Shown piece by piece: positions 25,758-38,060 of a stretch of 64,000 nt of DNA (position 1 is the stretch's first letter; the number at the start of each line of letters is the position of its first letter). Under the pieces are notes generated by a model. It was not told where the DNA came from. It did not search any database and worked only from the letters and a program-made list of their open reading frames with translations. The position numbers were made by a program, and so were the translations under genes. The DNA lies in contig MU061579.1 of assembly GCA_013265495.1 (NCBI GenBank), positions 6,362,124 to 6,426,123 on the forward strand, given 5' to 3'. Origin of the DNA: Vicugna vicugna (Eukaryota).

Positions 25758-25794
25758 AGTGGCGCCCTCTGGTGATTTAAAGTCATCACTGTAG
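25758..25794 (-). promoter_or_regulatory. CTCF binding motif (core plus upstream motif)
   Basis: Minus strand CTACAGT-N12-TCACCAGAGGGCGCCACT versus the consensus core CCASYAGRKGGCGC; CpG retained. Confidence 0.72.
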
Positions 25795-25978
25795 CCTTTG
25801 TCTTAAATCAAGTGACTGGCTTTGGGGCTTCCCTTTTACGACTAAACAGTTCATAGTATAATGTAACTAGGGGTTGTGTCAATGAGATACACTTAAGAAA
25901 CTTCAGTGCAATCCTAGCAGTATAAGAAAAATGCCTTATATATATATATATCACTAAAGTTTTGGGGGCACACATAGA

Positions 25979-26030
25979 TGTATTAGTCAGGGTTCTCCAG
26001 AGAAACAGAACCAATTATATATATACTAGA
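25979..26030 (-). mobile_element. MLT2 LTR terminal fragment
   Basis: 'tgtattagtcagggttctccagagaaacagaaccaat' is the MLT2 terminus. Confidence 0.8.
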
Positions 26031-27077
26031 ATACTGTTGGTATATTCAGAGAAGAAAGTTAGGAGGGCTAAGAACAGAGTGAGTGATGATGAAAGAGGTT
26101 GTTGAGGGTAGACATATTGTCAGGAGACTTGAGCCTTGTTTATCTCTAATCAACACTAGGGGATATTTACCTAGTGTAACAGATGTTATAAAAACGACTT
26201 CATTAATTAACTGAGTAATGGTCAAGACTTATGAATTGGTTAGAAACACTATAGAGACACTGGTCCTCACATATTTAGCAAGCCCAGCAGCCTGTATGGT
26301 TCTGATGGCTCTTGAATTTCTATCCCAAGGTGACTGGTATTCAGTCTCTATTTTGAAAAATATCTGGTTGTTCATTGCTTACAAATAGATAAGCAGAAAA
26401 AAAAAAAACCTGATTGTCCATTGCTCGCAAATAGATAAGCAGAGTCCTGGCTGTAGTTGTATTTTCTTTTTTTTTCTAGAGAAGCTTTCATGCCAAGCAC
26501 AGTCAAAGCATTTAAACATGGACAGAAAGGTGATATTCCATTGAACTTAAGGGAACAGATTGCATGACTGTCTTAGTTCCTGATTGCTAAACATTTGTAT
26601 GTGTACAAAATTTATCCTAATGATTGCTTTGATACCTGGCAGTAGGTGTTCAGAAGCTCTTAGCTCTCACTTATGTATAAAGACTGGATGCTATGATAGC
26701 AAAATGAAGCCAGCAACTCTGAGGCCCCATATTGGATTAGATCAATGTACAACTTAGATAAATTTTAATGGTTTCCTTGGAAGTCCCTTCCAAGTTGATG
26801 AGTTTGCATCTACCTTCTGCCTTGTGTGCACTATAGTGGAACTATATATGAACAATGACATCATAAGACATGAATTGTTTAATGGAAAGAACATTGCTAT
26901 AAAAATCGGAGGACAGAGTTTTAGTCCCAATTGTACTATTACTTGATTGTTTATATTAATAAGTTTCTTTATCTCTCTTGGCTTCTCTCTATTTTACTGT
27001 AATATGAATTTCCTTCAGACTGAAAAATCTTTAAGTTGGTATGAAGCACAAAGATTCTTATCTCTCTGGAAGGAAAC

Positions 27078-28083
27078 TGTATGAACTAAGTTGTGGCTCC
27101 CCTCAAATTCATATGTTAAAATCCTAACCTACAATGTTACTGTATTTTGAAATACTATTTACTACAGCCAAGATGGAAATAATCTAAATGTCCATTGACA
27201 GATGACTGAATAAAGAATTATGATATTATATTACACACACACACATAAACATGCATACAGTGGAATACTATTCAGCCACAAACAGAATAAAATAATGCCA
27301 TTTTCAGCAACATGGATGGACCCTGGAGATAATCATACTAAGTGGAGTAGGCCAGAAAGAGAAAGAAAAACACCATATGATATCACTTATATGTAGAATC
27401 TAAAAAAAAAAAAAGACGCAAACTTACTTACAAAACAGAAACACACTCAGATATAGAAAAACTTATGGTTACTGGGGCAGTGGGGAGTGGATGGGAAGGG
27501 ATAAATTGGGAGTTTGAGATTTGCAAATGCTAACTACTATATATAAAATAGACAAACAACAAGTTTATACTGTATTGCACAAGAGACTATATACAGTATC
27601 TTATAGTGACCTATAATGAAAAATAATATGAAAATGAATATATGTATGTATATGTATGACTGAAACATGCTGTACACCAGAAACTGACACAACATAGTAA
27701 ACTGAATATACTTCTAAACAAAAGTTAAAAAGAAGAAGAAGAAGAAGAAAATAGGGCTTATAAATGTAATAAAGGAGGAGGTAATAAAGGTTAAGTGAGG
27801 TAATATAATTAGGACCTTCATCTGGTAGGACTGGTGCCCTTATAAGAAGAAGAGATGAGAGAGTCCTCTTTCTCTCCACAAGTGCACAGAGAAGAAAGGT
27901 CATGTGAGAACAACGAGGAGCTGGCTGTCTACGAACCAGGGGGAGAGGCTTCATCAGACACAGACCCTGCTTGCACCTTAATCTTGGACTTCCAGCCTCC
28001 AGAACTGTGTGAAAGTACATTTCTGTTGTTTAAGCCACCCAGTCTGTGGCATTTTGTTATGGCAGTCCTAGGAAACTAATATA
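27078..28083 (+). mobile_element. MaLR LTR MLT1A-like, split by an L1 insertion
   Basis: 5' 'tgtatgaactaagttgtggctcccctcaaattcatatgttaaaatcctaacc'; 3' 'ggacttccagcctccagaactgtg...gttatggcagtcctaggaaactaatata'; flanks GAAAC/GAAGC. Confidence 0.88.
27155..27748 (+). mobile_element. Cetartiodactyl/camelid-type LINE-1 3' end
   Basis: 'gggataaattgggagtttgagatttgc...ctactatatataaaatagac...gctgtacaccagaaactgacacaacat'; tail converted to (AAG)n. Confidence 0.88.
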
Positions 28084-28139
28084 GAAGCATTACATAAACG
28101 ATCTCATCTGAGAGGTAAGGTCATTCTAATAAAAAAAAG

Positions 28140-28345
28140 ATCTATGAGATTTGGAGTCAGAAATGTAGCTAAATACTATGTGAAGCTAGGAAAAGGGCTC
28201 AATTTTTCATAGGTTCAAATTCTTCTTTTTAAAAACCCAGGCAATAGTGTCTAATTTACTGGATTACTGGGAGGATTAATGATTAAATTAGATACTTTAA
28301 GGAAATGCTTTGTAAACTGTAAAGAATTATATAAATATCCTAGGT
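28140..28345 (+). mobile_element. MIR SINE
   Basis: 'tttggagtcaga...tatgtgaagctagg...ggattactgggaggattaa...atgctttgtaaactgtaaag'. Confidence 0.6.
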
Positions 28346-28599
28346 CAATCCATCCAGCCTGGGAATATTCTGTTTAAAAAATAACATCTCCTTACAGACA
28401 CTAGCTCAGATCTCATCAGACCATTCTTGTTCAGGAAACTCCACCCAAGTCTTTCAGACTGAGAAGACAAATATTCCAATTGAATATAAACAATATTCTT
28501 CCACAACTGCTTTGAGGTCAAGTTGTATGAAAGACTCCTTTTAAACCAATAATTTTTAGGAAGCATTTCTATATAGGATAATTTTCCATTCAGTTTTTT

Positions 28600-28890
28600 T
28601 CTGACTTCACTGATGAATTTTTGATGCATGTATATTTAAAGTCTGTAATTAGATGATTATATATACATACACAAAAAATGGAATAAAATGGAATGATTGC
28701 CAAGGTCAACATAATGAACACATCCATTACCTCACATAGTTAACTCCTTTTTTTCTTTTTTCCTTTTTTTTTTTTTGTGGTGAGAATCCGTAAGATCTAC
28801 TTTCAGCAACTTTCAAATATATAATATTACATTATTATTAACTGTAGTCACCATGCTGTATGTAACTCAATCCTCAGAACTTATCTCAGT
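28600..28890 (-). mobile_element. L1MA-type 3' end fragment
   Basis: 'acatccattacctcacatagttaact...gtggtgagaatccgtaagatctac...attaactgtagtcaccatgctgta'. Confidence 0.8.
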
Positions 28891-30025
28891 TTTAGACAAA
28901 GATGATAAAGGGAAAAGTATAGGAATATACTAAAAAGTTGGTTTAAGGATAAAAATCCATTACCTATTTAATCATTCAAAGATAACAAATAAGTGGGTTC
29001 TCTGTGTTAATTCCTATGCAATACCTTCCTTCTATTTTAAAATTATGCATTCTTTTAATATAATGCGATTTGGTTCACATAACAAGTTTCTATCCACTGT
29101 GATTCAATTAGGAGACTGGCATTTTTTTCCTTTAAAAATATTAATTGAGATAAATATGTTTTCAGGACAAAGATGACTTTCTCCAGGGTCTTTACTGAAA
29201 AGAAGTCACCCTGTTTTGTTGCCAAGGACACCAAAAATTGCTGGTTGACTGATTAGTCATTTCTTTTATAATGAAAAGAGACAGCACTGAGATTTCCTGG
29301 AAAAATGAATCAACATGAAGGGGATAGTGGTTTAAAGTCTTTCTGTTGAACCATTTAGAACATGACAGAGACCAAACAAGATTACAGAGCAAAATGAAAA
29401 TGATATAAAATGTGTTTAAAAGACTTCACATCATGCCTTTAACATAACTGAATCTACCATGGAAACAAGCACATGCCAATGAAGAGACTGAAGATCATCA
29501 CGCTGTATAGAATTGGGTTATCCCTGTGTTGTTACAGGAACTAGGGCAAAGTGTCTCCCCTTTATTTTTTAAATTAATGTATCTTTTGTTTCATTAACCA
29601 ATAGGCATTGTGCACTTTTTGTTCACCTAAACTTAGAATTCAGAATATTATAAAGAATGACTCATGACTTTGATGTAATAGAAGATGATGGAGCTTCTGG
29701 GACTCAAAAGTAAAATTCTCTTAGGCTATAATTTAACATTTTAGAAAAAGAAAAATTAATTAATTTAGAACCACCATCCAAGAACTGTTATGTGTGCTAT
29801 ATCACCAGTCTTTGAAAGTTCAAACACAGGCAGAATGGGCCAAATGAAAGAAAGTCAATGAGAAAAGATAAAGGGATCCAATTATGTTACTGCTTAAGCA
29901 AAGTACAAAGAAGAAAACAAACTTTAGTCTAAACATATCTGCTATTGTTTAAATAGAGAAGCTTTCAGTCATATATTTTATTATTTTTAATTACAAAAGT
30001 AATACTTCATATTTAAAAAAAAGCA

Positions 30026-30433
30026 TACAATGGTCTTTTGTCGTATCCACTTGGCTAGGCTACAGTCTTGAGTTATCACTCAAACACTAATCTAGGTGTT
30101 GCTTTGAAGGTATTTTGTGGATGTGATTAAAGTCCATAATCAGTTGACTTTAAGTGAAGGAGAGTATTCTAGATAATATGAGTAGGTTTGATTCAATCTG
30201 TTGAAAGGTCTTAAAAGCAGAGCTGAGGTTTCCCTGAAGATGAAATTTCACCTGCTGACCGCAACTTCAGCATCTGCCTGGGAGTTCCAGGTTGCTCTTT
30301 CTGACATCCTGTCCAACAGATTTTGTACCTGCCTTGTCAGTCCTGACAATCACATAAACCAATTCCTTACAACAAGCGTATTATTATATTTCTCCTACTG
30401 GTTCTACTTCTTTTGTTGAACCCTGACTAATAC
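30026..30433 (+). mobile_element. ERVL 5' LTR (MLT2D-like)
   Basis: 'cacttggctaggctacagt...caaacactaatctaggtgttgc...aatcagttgactttaagt' ending 'gaaccctgactaataca'. Confidence 0.88.
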
Positions 30434-31880
30434 AAATGACTGAAGTCAGAGGAACAGAATCTGAAGAATGAGTTTTCTGAATTAGTTCTGGGTTTTCTGT
30501 AATTGGTAGATTCAAGGCAATAATGACTCTATTTCCAGTAGTAAAGGGAGTAGGAATAATCCATGACTTGGTGATATGAAAACCATTGCATTGGATACTC
30601 CTAATCAAGTATCTATAGAAGGCAAGTTTCTGGATAACCACATATTTGTTACTTTGGGATATTTTAGTCAAACTAAATAGTATAATGAGATTGATTGGTT
30701 GCCCCTAACTGAGCTGTAAAATATGGAGGCAAAAAAAGATGAGCTCAGGGTTTCAAATTCTTAGTACATACTCTGCAAAAATAATTTTAAAGCATCTTTA
30801 TCTTTCCTAAAAGAAACTTTTGTCTATTGTAGTTGCAGGGCTAAGACTTCTAAAAGACAAACCCAGAGTCTCATCCTGTATGTCACTGAATTATAATGCA
30901 AACTGAATTTCCAACCTCCCAGGGAGTCTTCTGTTAAACTAAGGGCACTGACTAGGAAGGAATGAAATTCTAAAAACTGGTAGCTCCCAATAAAGCTGGG
31001 GATATTGAATCCCTAAATTCTGCCAAGTCTTCTTCACCAGGAAAATCAGCCCTTTTGTCTTTTCCTAAAGAGACCATAATGGCCTCCCAGAAGCAGTTCC
31101 TGACAAGGCACTACTGATTCTCCTCAGGGCAAATCCCCTACCACTCTTCTTTGATGCTAAACCTGTCATTAGACTCAATTCACAGCAGGCTCTAAAGGCT
31201 GAGGTAGAGACTGTAATCTAAGAAGAGGTTCACTATACATCAAAAGAGCTGTATTTTTTTTTCAGTTCATATAAACAGAAATCTTGGGAATGTGGTGAGA
31301 ATGGATCTTAAAGGTTTGGTATCGTAATAAGAAAATATACAATTGCAGCAGACTAACTTTACTGACATGAGCCCAATTATGAGACAATCTGGATTCAAAG
31401 TTTTAGCTTGAGGGGTTGAAAAATACTCTAGTTGTTTGGTTAGTTAACTGAAACATGGACTCAAACATACACTACATTTAAGGAAATTGAAATGCCAAGA
31501 CTGTCTTGGTATACTTTCAAAGGGAAGTGTCCAAAGGCTTAAGGAGATTGGAAAGTTAAAGTGTTTCTGTCATGTAAGATCTGCTTCCTCACCCTAGGAA
31601 GCTGCACCTTCCCCCGCAAGTGAATGAAATAAATTTGTGAGAGAGCCTCAGTGTCCCAGCAGAACTCTTGAACAGAACTGTGGAAGTATTTCTCTGTAGG
31701 TCAGAAATGGCAGTGGGAACCATCATATTGGGATCTGTAAATGTGATATAGATAAATGTAATCCTGGGGTGGCAGGGGCCAAGTGGTGGCACTTAATCGC
31801 CAAAGACAAAGTGAGTGTGGTCACCACGAAGGACCATGGATGGACCCAGAGCAGTAACCAGAATAGTCTGACTCGTAGAA
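30434..31880 (+). mobile_element. ERV-L internal region: leader and degenerate gag
   Basis: Directly follows the MLT2 LTR. 31200-31420 translates with stops and shifts as EVETVI*EEVHYTSKEL..YKQKS..EWILKVW, resembling HERV-L gag. 'cctggggtggcaggggccaagtggtggcacttaatcgccaaagacaa' is also ERV-L gag-like. Confidence 0.82.
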
Positions 31881-32995
31881 ACCAACAGCAAGTCTTGGAT
31901 TTGGTCCCATTCCCCAGTGTTCTAAGTCCTCGTGCTCTTTTCTCTCCTGGTATAAATTATGCTATAATTATATCAATTCAATATAGGAACAAATTCATTT
32001 CTGTTATCAAATTATAGACATAGTGTCAGTCTTTTATGTAAGCATAAGGATGCCTCTTTTGACTCTGAAAAGTAATATCTCAATAACACATTACTTATGT
32101 ATCATTAACTCAAGAAGGCTGATCTCTCTTTTGATTTGTTAAATATTTTTTAAAAACCTTTATTTAGTAACCAAAAGAGATTTCAAATTGTTTTGACTTA
32201 ACAAAACTATAATAAATAAAATCCAAAGAGTATTTCACTTATAAACTCCTTTTTCCCTCCTTTTATGAATTAATATTTATGGTTGCCCAGTGGCCACCTG
32301 AGAAATACTAGTAGTAGTTAGGTTTAAAAGACATCACAACAATTTCATTGTTTTGAATATGGGGTGAGAATTAGGAAAGATACTATTAAAAAGCATTGTC
32401 AGAACATATTGCTCAAAAACACCAAAAATCTGTGATGGTGTCTCCATTAGTCACAATAACATAATATTTAAAATAAATATGCAAAGTTTAAACGTAACAT
32501 ACACTGAAAATTCTAGTTCTTGGAGTGAAACATTCTTATTATTATATTTAAAACGAACTAGAAACATGGTAAAAGACAGCATGAAAGCACAAAATTAGAC
32601 TCAAGAGAATTAAAAGTTTACATAAATAAGGAAAAATAAGCTTCGATTTTCTGAGTAAAATATAAACATGCCAAACAATAATTCTTTTTTTCCTTTCATA
32701 TGAAAAGCTAACTGAATACTCTAAGGCCACAGTTTTCATGTCCTTTCAGTTATCTCCTTTTTATTACACTTAAGGCTTTTTTCTTTTGCTTTTTGATATG
32801 GCATGATATATTTAAACATAGAACAGTCATATTGCACAATGTTAGATGACAGTATTATTTAAAGTTTCTCGTTTTGGGGGGCCTTAAAATATAATTAAAC
32901 TTATTTATATATGACAATGTATTTATAAAAATAATTTTAGCATTTTGATTTAATCTTTATAAGATATAAATGCACAATATATATAGGTACTTATA

Positions 32996-33214
32996 CAGTT
33001 GATCCTTGAACAACTCAGGGGTTAGGAGCACAAACTCCCCACCCAGTCAAACATCCACACATAACTTTGCAGTTGGCCTTCCCTATCTGAGGTTCTGTGA
33101 CCACAGATTCCACCAACCATGGATCATGTTGCACTATAGCATGTACATAGAGAAAAAAATTCACGTTTAAGTGGACCTGTTCAGTTCAAACTTATGTTGT
33201 TCAGGGGTCAACTC
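32996..33214. mobile_element. Tc1/mariner Tigger-derived MITE (MER8-like)
   Basis: TIRs CAGTTGATCCTTGAACAAC / GTTGTTCAGGGGTCAACTC, flanked by TA on both sides. Confidence 0.88.
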
Positions 33215-33228
33215 TATATGTGGGAATA

Positions 33229-33242
33229 TTATATATATGTAT

Positions 33243-33275
<33 letters not shown>

Positions 33276-33279
33276 CACA
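33229..33279. repeat. (TA)n/(CA)n compound microsatellite
   Basis: atatatatgtata(ca)~12-13 tatatatacaca. Confidence 0.9.
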
Positions 33280-34571
33280 AGATTATAAGTAAATACTATA
33301 TGACAACCCTGTATATTTGTTCTCTTTGATTTAGGGAGACTGATTTCCATAGGAATTTTTTTTTTTTACTAAAAAATTATTCACCAATGACTTTAAAACA
33401 GAGAGTAAATTAGAGTCATTCTTTAAAAAACAATTTGGTCACTGTTGATATTACAAAGTTCCATAAAAACAAATCACTTTTCAAAATTGATGTAAATGTT
33501 TTGAGTTGAATAGCTCTCTAAATTCACATAATTTATAACAGTATCTGAAGTTGTGAGAAACAATCTGTTTTATAAAAACTTTGGTTATTATAAATCACTT
33601 TGGTTAAAAACATGTTTTCCTTTTCATAATTGGAAATACTTATGACATAAGTGTTAGTTCATCTGACCAGTAAAGCCTGAATGAGAAGCTTAGAAATTTC
33701 TAATTATTTAGGCTTTTTATTAAAAAAAGTAACCAGATCTTGCATAAATTGAAATATTTTCTAATATTGTTTTATATTTTATTATTTTTACATTCTGATA
33801 AAATCAGAGAGAAAGCATATTATCAATCAAGTATGATTTCAATAATTCATCCTGATTAAATATATATTACTTGTCCTCCTTTTTAGAGATATACGAGTAC
33901 TGAAATTTGCTAAATCACTTAGAAGGAATGAATACCCCCATAGCCCATATTTTGAAACCTCAAAAAGTCATTAAATTAACTTAAATCAAAAAGCCAGTAT
34001 TATTATAATAGCATAACATCCCCCCCCCCTTATATAACGAGCATATTTAAAATGTTAAAGAAATGTTTTTCCTTTGGAAACTGTGGATTTCTCGTATCTT
34101 AAATTTATATACGCCTTTAAAATCTCCATAAACCAATTAGTACAGGCGCATCTAAAAAAAAAAAAGAGAGATCTGAGAAGCTGATATATTACTTTTCACT
34201 CCTTTTATGTTAGATTTATCTGGGAGATATATTTCCAGAGTGCACACATGCCAGATTTTATAAGCAACTGGAAAGGCAGACTAAAGTAAAATATAACCTT
34301 GTTCCCATTCTGTTCTAGAACTCTACAGAGCTGTAAAACTTGGTTAGATTTAAAACTTCTTCAACATGACCACTGAGATTCTAACTTATCTTTAGTGAAG
34401 TACTACCACTTAACCAATTAGACACAGGAATTGGGATTATAGTGTAAGAGCAATAAAAAACAGTAGTCTTTTCAGGAGATGGTTGAGGTTTAGATATGGA
34501 TAAACACATATAGACAAGGGAAGAAAGTACTATGATCAATTCTGTGCTTTAAACAAGCAGAGCTAGTTAAC

Positions 34572-34810
34572 ACATGTGTAGTCTCCCCGTTACCAACATC
34601 CCCCACCAGGGTGGTACATTTACTACAATTGATGAAACTACACTGTCACATCATAATCACCCAAAGTTTACATTAGGGTTCACTCTTGGTGTTGTACGTT
34701 CTATGGATTTGTAAAAAGGTAATAGAACATGTATCCATCATTACTGTATAATATAGAGTATTTTCACTGCCCTGAAAATCCTTTGTGCACCACTTATTCT
34801 TCCCTCCCCA
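34572..34810 (-). mobile_element. L1MC-type 3'UTR fragment
   Basis: 'ggtggtacatttactacaattgatgaaactacactg...acattagggttcactcttggtgttgtac'. Confidence 0.82.
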
Positions 34811-35009
34811 GAGGAGTCTTCTTAATTCTGGAATGATTGGATTAATTCTAAAAGTGCCAAAGTAGAAATTATGATATTAGCATTTTTTTCAGTATCAATT
34901 TGGTAAATATTAATTAGTGTGTTTCCAGTCTCAACCTTTTGGTCCTAGGATGAACCAAAAAACATTTTAGTACCTGTTCAGTCTGAAAGCAAGGTCTTGT
35001 TCCATAGTC

Positions 35010-35515
35010 ACTATAACCAAAATGAATTTGTGATTTTTTTCCCTCTAATACTTGTTCCTTTACCATCCAAGTATTCATGGAAAAATCTTCTTCTTGTATT
35101 TCTTAGGTCAAAAACTTAGAGTTATTTTTGACTTTTCTCTTTTCCTCATACCAAACATTTCAATCCATCAGTGAAACCTCTCGGATTTACCTTAAAAATA
35201 TTATTTATCCAACTATTTTCCTCCATTTTCATTGCTATCATCTTAGTCCAAGTCTTCATTATATTATGCATAAGTTATTACATTGGCTCCCTAAATGGGA
35301 TCTCAGTTTGCAAACCACTTCCCCATCTATTCTAAGTACAGAAGATAGAATAGAGATAATCTGGTTTAAAATTAATTAATTCATGCAAACCTGTTGCTTA
35401 AAATGATCTAGTGACTTTCTATTCCATTTAGAGTAAAAAACCTTAAAAGTAAGAACTCTTTAAAAATTTATAGGATTTAGTCCCAAATCTCTCTGTGGCC
35501 TCATTTCCTGCTATT
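35010..35515 (+). mobile_element. L2 fragment
   Basis: 'aggtcaaaaacttagagttatttttgacttttctcttttcctca...caatccatcagtgaaacc'. Confidence 0.7.
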
Positions 35516-35699
35516 CTGGGCTGAGCTTACCCCCTCTGGTTGTTCAAGCCTGCTTACTGTTTTGGGGGTCTCCACGCTGGCTCCTGCCCCAGTCATGGCA
35601 TAGGACCTTGCTTATTTTCTTTTCTCCCTTTTCCCCCAGTCCTCAAAGGGCCCATAAAAATAATGAGCAAATACAATTACGGACTCAGCACAAATGATT

Positions 35700-36420
35700 T
35701 CACTTTAAAAAAGAAGAGAGATAACAATCTTTAGAAAAACAGAAACTCTGAATATTCACCATCAGGAGACCCTGACTAATGGAGAACCTGAGAAGGAAAA
35801 TGATCCTGGACTGAAGGTCCGAGATGCAGGAAGGAATGGCGGGCAAGGGAAAGGGCAAACATGCACAGAAATCCAAATAAATACCAATTGTACAAAACAA
35901 GAGAATAAAATGTCTTTTGACATTTAGAGTATATAGAAAATTAAAATACCCAACATCTATTTAATACTAGTTGGAAGAAGCTTAAAAGTAGTTGAAATAG
36001 TCAAATGTTATTGTATTATCTAGAAAGTGCTAAAAGAACAAATCTGTATAAGAAATTAGGGGAAATAACAGCAGAAAAACCCAAGGAAATTGTAAAGAAA
36101 AAGTAATAGATGGAAGAAAAGAAAAAATGAGAGAAGGTTCAAATAACTAGAATCAGAGTTTACAAAAAGGATATCCTATAGACCTTAAAATGCCAATAAA
36201 TTTGAAAATTTAAATAACAATGGACAAATTCCTAGAAAAAAATAGTGTGTCAAAACTGACAGAAGAAATAGAAAATACAAAAATTCCAGTACTATTAAGG
36301 AGGAAAATTATAGAAGAATCTCAACAGATGAAAAATAAACATTTGATTAAAGGCAGTATCTATTAATAGCAAAGAAAATAGAAAATCAGTAACACAAGGG
36401 AACTTCATTAATCTGGTAAT
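35700..36420 (+). mobile_element. Old L1M ORF1/ORF2 fragments
   Basis: 'atgccaataaatttgaaaatttaaataacaatggacaaattcctagaaaaa...caaaactgacagaagaaatagaaaat' (L1 ORF2 MDKFLEK region). Confidence 0.7.
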
Positions 36421-37409
36421 GTTTACATTTAAAATATCTCTTTTCTATCCTTTTTGTCACCTTGCCTCAGTATGGTTGTTTTCTTATGTCTATTTTCTGG
36501 TTCTCAGCCAAAATTTCAACTGTGTTTCACAGTCATTTAAACATAATTTTAAATATTCAAAAAATAGGTATAATTATTTTAAAGCCTATGCTTTGTAACT
36601 ATGGCTCTTTTGCTATTGTTTTTTCTTTTGATTGTCAATTCATGACCTGTCTCTTGAATATAAAACAAAGTTGAGATAACTGTTGGGATTTTCACGACAT
36701 TATCTTACTTCAGAAAGGATTTCTTTTTTTCTGATATGTGGCCAGGTTGGAGACCCCAGCTTAACCCAATCAAAGTTTGAGACTGAGAACTGGACTTTAC
36801 TCTTTGTGAGGACTAGCATATTTCTAGTTTATTTTTGCTTTCTAAGTATAGTCTTTCTCAGTGATTTTTAAATTCAGAGTCTTGGCAGATCTTCAGTGCA
36901 TTGGAACAAACTTTAAAAAATATCGTTTAGTTTTTCCTGTTGTTCTCAGCAGGAGGATTTATCCTAATTCCCACTGTGACATTAGCTAAGCCCAACTCTC
37001 ATTACATTTATTATTAAGTGTAATGTGTGTATTTGAAACATAAATTTCAAATTTATAGTAATGATACAAAGTCCCCATTAAAATAAATTTAGTGAGTACA
37101 ATGTGAGTCCATCTAAATACAAATATCCAGTAAATAGTATGTATAAAAGTTCAGTAAATATGGCAAAGAATATGCCAATGACTGAAGTCTGGGAAAGACA
37201 AAAATGAAGTCATCTATATTAAATAAATAGTACAAGGCCTTCCAAGTTCTTGGTACTCAGAGATGTCTGCCTCTCTTAACATTCTGTCATCCTCATTGGT
37301 AGGCTCTCTGTTCATAGACTCAGTTTCCACAAACCTGCTTAGATCCTTATTTCTGCTTAGATCCTTATTCCCAAGTCCCTCTGTGGTTACAGTTTTTCTT
37401 TTACTCTTT

Positions 37410-38060
37410 CAGCAAACATTTATTTAGAATCCACTGTGTATCAGCATGTTTGTAAAATATTGGTGATCTGATCTCAGGGAGCTCACAGCCTGCCTGATAA
37501 GATAGAAAAATGAGCAAATTGCATTCATGGTGTAAGAGCAACAACAGAACCATGGACCCAAAACAGAAGAAGCACAGTACTGGTGTGAGGAACTTTCCCT
37601 TGGGATGGGAAGTTATGAAAAGTTTTTTGGGGAACCTGGGGCTTAATAAATTAATAATAATCTGCTAGGTATGGCAGAAGGAAGGTGAAGAGGATCCATT
37701 GAGAGCTGGAGAGTGGATTCTTGGGAGAGCAAAGTGCCTGAGTTTATGCAAAGAGACATGAAGCATCATGGTCTGGGTGGGTAACTAGAAAGAGTCAACT
37801 GTTGCTGACATAATAATTGAGAAGAAGGAGCAGCAGGAGAATCTGGTTAAAGAGGAACACATGAGGGAGACCCTGAAGGAAAAGAGGTCTGATGATCCTC
37901 TATAGTCACAAGAGAACCCTTGATGCAGTTTAAGCAGAGCAGTGACACCATCATATTGGTGCTTATCCAAGGTCATGTTAGTGAAGCAAGAAAAGATGAT
38001 TTGGGTATCAGGGTGAGGACTGGGGCCTACACTATGGGGCCACTGCACAACAAAGTCTGC
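37410..38060 (-). mobile_element. L2 fragment
   Basis: 'cagcaaacatttatttagaatccactgtgtatcagc...ctcagggagctcacagcc...ttaagcagagcagtgacaccatc'. Confidence 0.65.

Noticed and set aside
27601..28020. Longest ORF (139 aa)
   Set aside because: Antisense read-through of an MLT1A LTR, an (AAG)n tail and an L1 3'UTR.
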